Assembly: GCA_030065025.1 (NCBI GenBank)
Contig: JASJDY010000050.1
Span: 1-29,835, forward strand
DNA: 29,835 nt
Reading direction: 5' to 3'
Source of the DNA: Planctomycetota bacterium
GTDB taxonomy: Bacteria > Planctomycetota > PLA2 > JAEUHO01
Positions 8,144-20,332 of this stretch are shown piece after piece. The notes under the pieces are model-generated. The model saw only the letters and a list, made by a program, of their open reading frames with translations. It was not told where the DNA came from and ran no database searches. Numbering within the stretch: position 1 is the first letter of the stretch; the number at the start of each line of letters is the position of its first letter. Made by a program: the position numbers and the translations under genes.

Positions 8144-9997
8144 ATGATGGCCGCCTCGATGGCGGCCTCCCCCACCTACGTCCTGGGCATCAATGCGTAT
8201 GACCACGACGTCAGCGCGTGCTTGCTGAAGGACGGCGTCCCTCTCGTCGCGATCAACAAGGAGCGCCTGACGCGCGTCAAGCACGACTCGGGCTTCTACC
8301 GGGATCCGGTTGCGTACTGCCTGCTGGCAGCCGACATCACGCTCGACGACGTCGCACTGGTCATACGTAACTCGTACTTGCTGCCCGTCGGGGAGCTCGA
8401 ACGTCGGTTCCTGAGCCAGGTCGGCTCCGAGCTCATGACGCCCGTGGACCGCAGCCAGGCCATGCGCTCCGCGCTGTTCCTCGCCGGTCCGCCGAAGGTG
8501 ATCGACATCTCGCATCACCTGGCCCATGCCTACTCGGCGTTCGCCTGCTCGCCCTTCGAGAGCGGCGCCTGCATGGTGGTGGACGGCGTCGGTAGCCACC
8601 GCGAGGACGTCCTCGAGGACGTCCCCGCAGCCTCCGACGCCTCGCCCCTGGCCCGCGAGTCCGAGTCGTACTACGCGTTCGACGGCAAGAGCCTGCGCAC
8701 GCACACGAAGGCCTGGCTGCAGCCGACGAAGAGCCTGGTCAACGACGACTTCTTCATCATGAAGGGGCTCGGCGCGCTCTACAGCCGCGTTTCGTCCTAC
8801 ATCTTCGGCCACTGGAACCGGTGCGGCGAGGTCATGGGGCTGGCGCCGTTCGGTCGGCTCGACCTGCCGCCGCTCATGGAGCTGGAAGGCGACGAGCTAC
8901 AGGTTCACGACTGGCCGGAGGCGTTCTGCCACCCCTACGAGGGCCTGTCCGACACGGCCTGGCTCGAGAGCCCACATCGGGGGCACTGGGAGGATCTCGC
9001 GCGCCGCGTCCAGGAAGACACGGAACGGGTGCTCATCGAGCGCGCGCGCCGGCTCCACGCGGCAACCGGGAGCCCCAACCTGGCGATCGCGGGTGGCGTC
9101 GCGCTGAACTGCGTCGCGAACGGCAAGATCGCGGAAGAGACGCCGTTCGAGCACGTCTTCATCCAGCCGGCCGCGGGCGACGACGGCATCGCCCTCGGGT
9201 GCGCGCTGTACGGCTGGCTCGAGGTGCTCGGCCGCGAGCGCACCTGGACCATGGAGCACCCCTACCTCGGTCGCAGCTACACCGACGTCGAGGTGGAGCG
9301 TGCGGTTCATACGGCAGGCGCACGCCTCACGAGCAGCCGCCGCCGGCTCGACGATGCGGCCGTGGCCGCTGCGGAGCGCATCGCCGAGGGGCGCGTCATC
9401 GGCTGGTTCCAGGGCGGTAGCGAGTTCGGCCCCCGTGCCCTCGGCAACCGCAGCATCCTCGCGGATCCCCGTGACCCGCGCATGCAGGACCACGTGAACG
9501 ACCGGGTGAAGCACCGGCAGGGGTTCCGACCGTTCGCCCCGGCGGTGCTGGCGGAGCATGCGCACGAGTTCTTCACGGGCGCGCACCACTCCCCCTTCAT
9601 GCTCCTGGCCACCGACGTGCGGCCCGACAAGCGCGAGGTGATCCCCGCCGTCACGCACGTCGACGGGACCGCGCGCGTGCAGACGGTGCATCGGGAGACG
9701 AATCCCCGCTTCCACGCGCTCATCTCGGCGTTCGCCGACCGCACGGGCGTGCCGGTCGTGCTGAATACGTCGTTCAACGATCGCGGTGAGCCGATCGTCG
9801 AGTCACCTGCGGACGCCGTGCAGACCTTCCTGGACACGGAGCTCGACGCTCTCGTCATCCACGACTGGATGCTCGAGAAGCGCGCGGTCCATCGTGTCCT
9901 GCGGCCGCTGCTCAGGCGCTGGAACGTCGCCCGCCGTCAGCTGACGAGCTCGCAGCTGCGCCACGCCGCGGCGCGACGCATCCTCGAATCCGAGTAG
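8144..9997 (+). CDS. NodU/CmcH-family carbamoyltransferase.
   Basis: The N-terminus YVLGINAYDHDVSACLLKDGVPLVAINKERLTRVKHDSGF matches the carbamoyltransferase N-terminal (Kae1/YgjD-like) fold. The ~617 aa length fits the family. The ATG at 8159 is an alternative start. It lies 40 nt downstream of the kinase gene. Confidence 0.85.
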   Translation: MMAASMAASPTYVLGINAYDHDVSACLLKDGVPLVAINKERLTRVKHDSGFYRDPVAYCLLAADITLDDVALVIRNSYLLPVGELERRFLSQVGSELMTPVDRSQAMRSALFLAGPPKVIDISHHLAHAYSAFACSPFESGACMVVDGVGSHREDVLEDVPAASDASPLARESESYYAFDGKSLRTHTKAWLQPTKSLVNDDFFIMKGLGALYSRVSSYIFGHWNRCGEVMGLAPFGRLDLPPLMELEGDELQVHDWPEAFCHPYEGLSDTAWLESPHRGHWEDLARRVQEDTERVLIERARRLHAATGSPNLAIAGGVALNCVANGKIAEETPFEHVFIQPAAGDDGIALGCALYGWLEVLGRERTWTMEHPYLGRSYTDVEVERAVHTAGARLTSSRRRLDDAAVAAAERIAEGRVIGWFQGGSEFGPRALGNRSILADPRDPRMQDHVNDRVKHRQGFRPFAPAVLAEHAHEFFTGAHHSPFMLLATDVRPDKREVIPAVTHVDGTARVQTVHRETNPRFHALISAFADRTGVPVVLNTSFNDRGEPIVESPADAVQTFLDTELDALVIHDWMLEKRAVHRVLRPLLRRWNVARRQLTSSQLRHAAARRILESE

Positions 9998-10004
9998 ACG
10001 CCCG

Positions 10005-10703
10005 CTACGGAAGGTCGAAGAGCAGGAACTCAGCCCCGTCCACGGCCTGCACGCGGATCTCCTTCTCCTTCCAGATGGCGGCGCCGTCGCCTTCCTGGAG
10101 GAGCTTCTCGTTTGCTTTGACGCTGCCGCGCGCCACCTGGATCCAGGCATAGCGCTTGGGATCGAACTTGGTCTTGATGGTCTTGCCCTTGGCCAGAACG
10201 CTGGCGTAGAGGCGCGCATCCTGGTGGATGCGTACGGAGCCCTCAGCGCCGTTGGGCGAGGCCACGAGGCAGAGCCGATCCGCGCGAGCCTTGGGGAGGA
10301 ACGTCTTCTCCTCGTAGCTCGGCTTGTGCCCGCGCTTGTCCGGCAGGATCCAGATCTGCATCAGGTGGACCGGCTCCTTCTTCGACGCATTGAACTCGCT
10401 GTGGCGGATGCCCTTGCCGGCGCTCATGCGCTGGACCTGCCAGGGCTTGATGACGCCCCCGTTGCCCACCGAGTCCTTGTGACGCAGCGCGCCCTCGAGG
10501 ACATACGTGACGATCTCCATGTCCTTGTGCGGGTGCATGCGGAAGCCCTTGGCGGGCTGGATCCAGTCCTCGTTCAGGACCCGCAGGTGCCGGTAGCCCA
10601 TCCACTCCTTGTCGTGGTAGTTGCCGAACGAGAAGGTGTGGCGGGCCGACAGCCAGCCGAACTCGCGGCGGCCCCTGTCGCGGGAGCGGCGGATCTTGAT
10701 CAT
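10005..10703 (-). CDS. Pirin-family protein (cupin; quercetin-2,3-dioxygenase-like).
   Basis: 232 aa with ATG at 10703. The conserved pirin N-terminus reads RGRREFGWLSARHTFSFGNYHDKEWMGYRHLRVLNEDWIQPAKGFRMHPHKDMEIVTYVLEGALRHKDSVGN, which includes the HxH...E metal ligands. Confidence 0.9.
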   Translation of the reverse strand: MIKIRRSRDRGRREFGWLSARHTFSFGNYHDKEWMGYRHLRVLNEDWIQPAKGFRMHPHKDMEIVTYVLEGALRHKDSVGNGGVIKPWQVQRMSAGKGIRHSEFNASKKEPVHLMQIWILPDKRGHKPSYEEKTFLPKARADRLCLVASPNGAEGSVRIHQDARLYASVLAKGKTIKTKFDPKRYAWIQVARGSVKANEKLLQEGDGAAIWKEKEIRVQAVDGAEFLLFDLP

Positions 10704-10730
10704 GGCGTTCTCCAGCGCGCCATGCTGCTT

Positions 10731-10740
10731 GTTGCAACAG
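10731..10740. promoter_or_regulatory. Perfect 10-bp palindrome TGTTGCAACA (10730-10739) lying 27-36 nt upstream of the pirin ATG. It is a candidate operator, or part of a candidate TTGACG-N17-CAGCAT promoter reading into the pirin gene.
   Basis: Seen directly in the sequence: the reverse complement of TGTTGCAACA is itself. TTGACG lies on the minus strand at 10750-10745. Confidence 0.25.
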
Positions 10741-10778
10741 GGACCGTCAAGAAGCAGGTTCAGGCGGTGCTTGGGGAA

Positions 10779-14594
<3,816 letters not shown>

Positions 14595-14689
14595 CCGGTA
14601 CCTCCGGCCCGGTCGCGCCCATGGTGCCTCCGATCGCCTTCCCGAGCAAGGCGCCGTGCCTCCCGGCGAGACAGGAGGCGGAGTGCCTG

Positions 14690-14735
14690 CCAAAAACGAA
14701 AACGCCGGGTCTCCCCCGCATATCGGAGACCCGGC
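14690..14735 (-). terminator. Rho-independent-terminator-like hairpin on the minus strand. An 11-bp GC-rich stem (GCCGGGTCTCC / GGAGACCCGGC) and a 10-nt loop are followed by TTTTCGTTTTT. It lies about 95 nt upstream of the histidine kinase start codon.
   Basis: The plus strand reads caaaaacgaaaacGCCGGGTCTCCcccgcatatcGGAGACCCGGCagcg. The inverted repeat is perfect. The T-tract is present only in minus-strand orientation. Confidence 0.45.
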
Positions 14736-14886
14736 AGCGCGAAGGACCTCGCCTGACGCTCCTCGGAAGCGGGAGCAGGCTCGAACCTCCGGCTCTGCCT
14801 TCCTGAACGCCGCCGGCGGACGAATGTTGTCACGTTGTGCCTGATGCCGAGCGGGCTGGGCCGTGAGTCCCCGTAGACTCGCGCGC

Positions 14887-16329
14887 ATGCTGCGCGGTGT
14901 GCCCCGCCTCCTCGTGCTGGTCCTCTGTGTTGGCCTGCTGACACCCGGCGCACACACCGACGACGTACCGTTCGACGAGGCGTGGCACGCGCTGGGTACG
15001 CGGTCGGCACAGGAACTGAAGCAGCTCGCGGCCGGCTGCCACAAGGCCAAGCTCTTCGCCTGGCGCAACGAGGCGCTCGAGGACCTGCTGATCTTCGAGC
15101 CTGACGACGTGGAAGCCCGCAGGCGGCTCAAGTACCGCCGGTCGCCGGACGGCGCGTGGGTCCAGGGCCGGTACAAGGCGCCCCGCAACCTCAAGCCGGC
15201 GAGCCAGGCTCTGACTGCGGCTCGAGGCGCCGTACGAGACCGCTTCGCCGATCGGGCTCGCGAGCTCATGGAAGAACACGCGTCCGAGCTCACCGCGGCG
15301 CGGCGTGACGCGCTGCTGCGTCTCGTGGTGCAGATCGCGCCGGATCGCGAGGACGTGCGCTCGGACCTCGGGGAGGTGAGGGCCGAGAAGGGCGCCTGGG
15401 TCCTGCGCGAGTCGGCCGCCTCGAAGGCTCGCCGCGAAGCCCTACGGCGCTTTGCCCAGGAGGCCCTGCGCGAAGCACCGCTCCCCTCGGAGGAGCGGCC
15501 CACGCGTGCCGACAACGCGCTGCGCCTCGGCTTCAGCGCAATCTACGACACGCCCCTGGCGCGGGTCCTCGGCACGGTGGAGAAGGGCGAGCTGCTGGAG
15601 GCGACACGCCGCATCCACGCCAGCCGCGCACTCTTCGCCGAGGCGCTGCCGGGCAAGGACGCCGGGCTCCCCCAGCTGAGCCTGTACCTGCTGGCGGGCA
15701 GCTCCGACCGGGACGCGGTGCTGCAGAACCACCCACGCTCGACCGAGGCCTACCGCGCCTGGGCGAAGAGGCTCCAGTCGAGCTGGTTGCCGAAGACCAA
15801 GCAGGTCTGGATCCACGCGGCGGAGCCGGCCATGCGGCTCGAGTGGTGCTCCAGGCAGGCGATCGGCCACCAGCTGCGCCAGCGCTTCGGCATACGGGGC
15901 TTCCCCGGCTGGGCGTTCGAGGGCTTCGGCCTCTACCTGAGCCACCTCGTCGCCGATCAGCGACGGACGTTCTTCGTGAAGCGCACGAAGTACGGCGAGA
16001 AGGGCGCGCGCAAGGACGACCTGTGGGCACGTCTGCGCGAGAAGGGTGCGGACTGGCGCGCTGAAGCGCGCACGCTCCTGGCTTCGAAGCAGGCGCCCGA
16101 TCTCCGCCTGCTCCTCGACAAGCCACTGAACGCGATGAACACCGAGGACATGCTCGCGTCCTACGCGCTGTGTGCCTACCTGCTCGAGGGGCGTTCCCAG
16201 GATGTGCCGGCGCTGCTCCTGGCGATCGGCAAGGGCAAGCAGAAGTCGATCGCGGCCCTGGGGAAGCTCGGCCTCGACCTCGACACCCTCGGCATCAAGC
16301 TCCGCCGCTGGCTCGAGGAGACCGCCTGA
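14887..16329 (+). CDS. Secreted hypothetical protein (~480 aa), mostly alpha-helical and Arg/Ala/Leu-rich. Function unknown.
   Basis: The track start at 14863 is GTG. The in-frame ATG at 14887 gives MLRGVPRLLVLVLCVGLLTPGAHT, a signal peptide. The ORF is a long uninterrupted 1.4-kb frame. Its codon bias is consistent with neighbouring genes. I see no recognisable catalytic motif. Confidence 0.55.
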   Translation: MLRGVPRLLVLVLCVGLLTPGAHTDDVPFDEAWHALGTRSAQELKQLAAGCHKAKLFAWRNEALEDLLIFEPDDVEARRRLKYRRSPDGAWVQGRYKAPRNLKPASQALTAARGAVRDRFADRARELMEEHASELTAARRDALLRLVVQIAPDREDVRSDLGEVRAEKGAWVLRESAASKARREALRRFAQEALREAPLPSEERPTRADNALRLGFSAIYDTPLARVLGTVEKGELLEATRRIHASRALFAEALPGKDAGLPQLSLYLLAGSSDRDAVLQNHPRSTEAYRAWAKRLQSSWLPKTKQVWIHAAEPAMRLEWCSRQAIGHQLRQRFGIRGFPGWAFEGFGLYLSHLVADQRRTFFVKRTKYGEKGARKDDLWARLREKGADWRAEARTLLASKQAPDLRLLLDKPLNAMNTEDMLASYALCAYLLEGRSQDVPALLLAIGKGKQKSIAALGKLGLDLDTLGIKLRRWLEETA

Positions 16330-16338
16330 TCGATCGGC

Positions 16339-17046
16339 TCAACGACCGGCGTACCTCCCCCACAGCCGCTCGAACTCCTGCTTGTACGCCGCGACCAGCA
16401 CCGGCTCGCTCGTCACGAGGACGTTCTCGTGGTTCTCCCCCGACGCGGCGCGCGTCCAGTTGAACGATCCCGTGAGAAGGCGCGCGTCGTCGAACAGCGC
16501 GAACTTGTGGTGCATGTGAGCGTCGCTGCGGTCGTAGGCCACCGCGACGCCGGCCTGCTCGAGGCGTCCGAGGTCGCTCCCGAGATCGTTGGCCTTGTCG
16601 TCGTCGCTGATGACGCGCACCTGGACGCCCCGGTTGGCCAGCCCGATGAGCCCGTCGCTGATGCGGTCGTCCGTGATCGTGAACACGCAGACGTCCACGC
16701 TCCGGCGTGCGCGGCGCATCTGCGTGATGATCGCGTTCAGCGGTTCGTGTCCCGGGCTGAACCACGCGCCGATCTCGCGCTCCTCGGAGGGGACCTCGGC
16801 CCCACGACCCTCGAGCGGCACGAGCAGCCCGAGCACGTCCTGGAGCCAGTCGAGCACCTCCTTCGCCCGGGGCGCGTCGATCGTCTCGCGGGCGATGTCG
16901 AAGGCCCTGGCGCGAAGCTGATTGCGTTCGTGCGGATCGAGGTCGTCGTCCTCGATCAACGCGCGCAGGGCCTTGCGCTCGCTGCGCGTCACGCGGCGGT
17001 CGTCGATCGTGGCGAGAAGGGCGGCTTCCAGGTCGGCGTGCGTCAT
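16339..17046 (-). CDS. Phospholipase-D-superfamily protein with a single HKD motif (Nuc/cardiolipin-synthase-like fold), ~235 aa.
   Basis: The HKD motif is HMHHKFALFDDARLLTGSFNWT. The track ORF extends to 17535 and would overlap the divergent hydrolase gene. The in-frame ATG at 17046 (MTHADLEAALLATIDD...) is taken as the start. Confidence 0.7.
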   Translation of the reverse strand: MTHADLEAALLATIDDRRVTRSERKALRALIEDDDLDPHERNQLRARAFDIARETIDAPRAKEVLDWLQDVLGLLVPLEGRGAEVPSEEREIGAWFSPGHEPLNAIITQMRRARRSVDVCVFTITDDRISDGLIGLANRGVQVRVISDDDKANDLGSDLGRLEQAGVAVAYDRSDAHMHHKFALFDDARLLTGSFNWTRAASGENHENVLVTSEPVLVAAYKQEFERLWGRYAGR

Positions 17047-17073
17047 GGCGGCATTCTGCCGTAGGCTCCCCGC

Positions 17074-19572
17074 ATGCGCTTCCTCGTGCTCGTCTTGCTC
17101 TTCGGCCTTCTTCTGTTCGGCGGACTCGCGACCGCCGACGAGCCGGCCCCGGTCGAGGCCTTCCTGCCCCACACCCCGTCCGAGTGGCTGGTGATCGGAC
17201 CGGTCGACCATCGCGCGCGCCGGCCCTTCAACCCCGACGCCGTCTTCGCCAAGCATCTGCTCGATCCGACGGCCACTCCCCCGAAGGCGGGCGAGACGAT
17301 CACCGGCGAGCGCGGGACGCCGCAGGCGTGGTCGCAGCGCACGACGAATGAGAAGGGCGAGCTGCGGGGACGCATCGCCTACGCATACACGACCGTGGAC
17401 TCCCCGAAGGACCAGGTCGTGATGGCCTTCCTGCGCCGCGGCGGCACGCTCTTCGTCAACGGCACGCCACACGTCGGCTCGATCTACGGCGACCGCTTCG
17501 AGGTGCCGGTCAAGCTCGTGAAGGGCATCAACCACGTCTTCGTGAAGGGCTCGCGCGGGGCCTTCCAGCTCACCTTCTCGAAGCCGCCGTCCGGCGTCTT
17601 CCTCGCCCCGTTCCGGCAGACCAAGCCGGACCTCGTGGCCGGAGAGCCCGTGGACACCATGGCAGGCGTGCTCGTCGTCAATGCGCGCGAAGAGCCGCTG
17701 GGCCAGGTGCTCCTGCGCTTCGAGGGCAACGAGTGGCTCGAGACGAAAGCCAACGTCGGCGTGCTGCCGATCGCCCCGCTGAGCATGGTGCAGGTGCGCG
17801 TGCCATTGAAGACCAAGGAGGGCAAGACGGCGCCGAAGGAGCCGGGCAAGGTGGAGATCCCGGTCAAGGTCTGGGGTGCCTACACCGCAGACGGTCAGAG
17901 CACGACGCTCACACTCGACGTGCGTGAGCGCGAGAAGGCGGTCATCCGCACCTTCGTCTCGAAGATCGACGACTCCGTCCAGCGCTTCGGCATGCGCGAG
18001 CCGCTACCCGGCGGTCCGAAGGACAAGGGCCTCGTGCTCTCCCTGCACGGCGCCGGTGTGAACCCGCGCGGTCAGGCGAACGCGTATTCGCAGAAGCCGG
18101 ACTTCTGGCTGTTCGCGCCCACGAACCGGGACCGCTTCGGCTTCGACTGGCAGGACTGGGGCCGCATCGACGCCTACGAGGTCCTCGAGGAGGGCCTGCG
18201 GATCAGCGGGGTCGACCGCAGCCGCGTCTATCTGACCGGGCACTCGATGGGCGGCCACGGCACGTGGCACCTCGGCGCCAACGATCCGGACGGCTTCGCG
18301 GCGATCGCCCCGAGCGCCGGCTGGATCAGCTTCGACACGTACCCGGGCCCGCGTCGGCGCGGTCTCCTGACCGACCTCTGGCATGCGGCGGACGGCGCCT
18401 CGCTGACGCGCAAGCTCCTGGACAACCTCGTGCAGCTGCCGACGTTCATCCTGCACGGTGAGAAGGACGACAACGTGCCTGTGGCCCAGGCCAAGGAGAT
18501 GGAGCGACTGCTGACGGCGGCGGGCGCCAAGCCCGAGGTGCATTACGAGCCGGGCAAGAAGCACTGGTGGGACGGCTATCCCGAGCCCGGTGCCCAGTGC
18601 GTGGACTGGCCGGGCATCTACGAGCTCTTCCGCAAGACGCGCATCGCGACGGCGCCGAAGGAGATCTCCTTCCAGGGTGTGCATCCCAGCGTGGACAGCC
18701 GCCACCACTGGGTCGAGGTGCTGCAGCTCGTGGAGTACGGCAAGCCCTTCTCGGTGCGCGGCGTTTGGGCCCCCGAGGCGCACTGCATCGAGCTGAAGGT
18801 CGAGAATGTGCACGCACTTCGGATCCACTATCCCGGCCTCACCAACCGGGTTGCGATCAATGACTCCGACATCACGCTCTCCGGGACCATGGAGAAGGAG
18901 CCGCGTATCTGGATTCGCCGGAACGCGAAGCTGTGGACCCCGCAGAACGAGCCCCTTCCCTCGCGTACGAAGACCCCGGCTGCCGGCGGTCCCTTCCGCC
19001 GCGCCTTCACCAACCGCTTCGTGCTCGTGCACGGATCGGCAGGCAGCGACGCGGAAGACAAGACGCTGTTCGAGCAGGCGCGCTTCGACGGCCAGCGTTG
19101 GATGTACCGCGCGAACGGTCAGGCCATCTTGCTCAGCGATCGCGAGTGGATGCGGATGGGCACACTCCTCGGCCTCGATCAGCGCAACGCCATCATCTAT
19201 GGCAACCGCGACTCGAATGCCGCCTTCACGAGGCTCGCGCGCGGGGAGCCCGTGTCGCGCCACGGGGTCCACCACGCGGCCCCCGCGGCGCGACGCGCGC
19301 CTGACATCGGTGCGTACTACGTGGGGCCCGGGCCGAAGCCGGGGACCCTCGTCGGCTTCTGCGGCTCCACGGGCGTGGCCGGATCGCGCCTGGGCTTCAC
19401 GACGATGCTGTTCGTATCCGGCGCCGGCTGGCCGGACTTCACGTTCTTCGACAGCTCGATCCTGACCAAGGGCGACGGCGGCGTCTTCGAGGCGGGCTGG
19501 TACGGACGGCGCTGGTCCGTCCAGCGCGGCAGCTTCCTGCGCAAGCCGGAGGGGCCGGTCAATCCGAAGTGA
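17074..19572 (+). CDS. Secreted multidomain alpha/beta-hydrolase, 832 aa (serine esterase/peptidase fold), flanked by N- and C-terminal domains of unknown function.
   Basis: The signal peptide is MRFLVLVLLFGLLLFGGLATA. The nucleophile elbow is GHSMGGHGTW, within LSLHGAGVNPRG...VYLTGHSMGG...ILHGEKDDNVP, a layout typical of esterase/PHB-depolymerase/prolyl-oligopeptidase-type hydrolases. Confidence 0.75.
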   Translation: MRFLVLVLLFGLLLFGGLATADEPAPVEAFLPHTPSEWLVIGPVDHRARRPFNPDAVFAKHLLDPTATPPKAGETITGERGTPQAWSQRTTNEKGELRGRIAYAYTTVDSPKDQVVMAFLRRGGTLFVNGTPHVGSIYGDRFEVPVKLVKGINHVFVKGSRGAFQLTFSKPPSGVFLAPFRQTKPDLVAGEPVDTMAGVLVVNAREEPLGQVLLRFEGNEWLETKANVGVLPIAPLSMVQVRVPLKTKEGKTAPKEPGKVEIPVKVWGAYTADGQSTTLTLDVREREKAVIRTFVSKIDDSVQRFGMREPLPGGPKDKGLVLSLHGAGVNPRGQANAYSQKPDFWLFAPTNRDRFGFDWQDWGRIDAYEVLEEGLRISGVDRSRVYLTGHSMGGHGTWHLGANDPDGFAAIAPSAGWISFDTYPGPRRRGLLTDLWHAADGASLTRKLLDNLVQLPTFILHGEKDDNVPVAQAKEMERLLTAAGAKPEVHYEPGKKHWWDGYPEPGAQCVDWPGIYELFRKTRIATAPKEISFQGVHPSVDSRHHWVEVLQLVEYGKPFSVRGVWAPEAHCIELKVENVHALRIHYPGLTNRVAINDSDITLSGTMEKEPRIWIRRNAKLWTPQNEPLPSRTKTPAAGGPFRRAFTNRFVLVHGSAGSDAEDKTLFEQARFDGQRWMYRANGQAILLSDREWMRMGTLLGLDQRNAIIYGNRDSNAAFTRLARGEPVSRHGVHHAAPAARRAPDIGAYYVGPGPKPGTLVGFCGSTGVAGSRLGFTTMLFVSGAGWPDFTFFDSSILTKGDGGVFEAGWYGRRWSVQRGSFLRKPEGPVNPK

Positions 19573-20332
19573 GCGCCTCGGCGATCAGGGGCAGGACCTC
19601 GCCGGCCTTGCCGCGGAGCGACCAGCGCACGTGCGGGCTGACGATCGTCGGCTCCGGGTTCACCTCGATCGTCAGGCGGCCTCGCTGGTTGGCCACCACG
19701 ATCGGTTCGGCGATGTAGGGAAACACCGCGGTCGTGCCTGCGATCAGCACGAGGTCGGGCGGATCCGCGTAGAACTCCTGATGCATGCGACGCACCTTGT
19801 CCTCGGGCAGCATCTCGCCGAAGAGCACCGCGTTCGGCCTGCGAACGCCGCCGCAGTCCGGGCAGAACGGCGTGCCCTCGAGCGCGCGCACCTCCTCAGG
19901 GGTGAAACGTCCGCGTGCGCCACAGTCCCGACAGCGCGTGTCGAGCACGTCGCCGTGGATGTCGATGACGTTGCGGCTTCCGGCGAGTTTGTGGAGCCCG
20001 TCGACGTTCTGCGTCAGTAGGACGAAGCGCGTGAGGTTCTGCTCGAGTTGGGCGATCGCGTGATGCGCCGGGTTCGGTGCTGCGTCGACCGATCGCCGCG
20101 CCAGCTCGGCCACGACGCGCCACGTGCGGTCGGGATCGTGGTGGAGGGTCGACGCGCTCAGCGCCTCGACGGTGGCATCGCCTTCCGCCTCGTCGTCGTA
20201 GAGCCCACCTTGGCCGCGGTACGTCTGGATCCCGGACTCTGCGGAGACGCCGGCGCCCGTGATCACCCCCATCGAGGTGATGCCCTCCAGCGATTCCAGC
20301 AGATCGGCGGGCAGGCCGGCGAGTGTGCTCAT
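19559..20332 (-). CDS. NAD-dependent protein deacylase (Sir2/CobB-type sirtuin) with a Zn ribbon.
   Basis: The track ORF is over-extended to 20848. ATG at 20332 overlaps the TGA of the upstream dehydrogenase (TGATG). Motifs present: GAGVSAESGIQTYRG, TQNVDGLH, IDIHG, CRDC...CPDC, GTTAVFPY. Confidence 0.85.
   Translation of the reverse strand: MSTLAGLPADLLESLEGITSMGVITGAGVSAESGIQTYRGQGGLYDDEAEGDATVEALSASTLHHDPDRTWRVVAELARRSVDAAPNPAHHAIAQLEQNLTRFVLLTQNVDGLHKLAGSRNVIDIHGDVLDTRCRDCGARGRFTPEEVRALEGTPFCPDCGGVRRPNAVLFGEMLPEDKVRRMHQEFYADPPDLVLIAGTTAVFPYIAEPIVVANQRGRLTIEVNPEPTIVSPHVRWSLRGKAGEVLPLIAEALTSD

Noticed and set aside
14780-14810. tRNA-like GGTTCGAGCC motif on the minus strand in the histidine kinase leader.
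   Set aside because: It resembles a T-loop, but the flanks cannot form a T-stem or acceptor stem. No cloverleaf is possible.
14595-15515. N-terminal 307-codon extension of the histidine kinase ORF (track 10779..15515, 1578 aa).
   Set aside because: The extension is Ser/Arg-rich with no domain. It overlaps the divergent secreted-protein gene. An internal ATG at 14594 carries a strong SD and a signal peptide.
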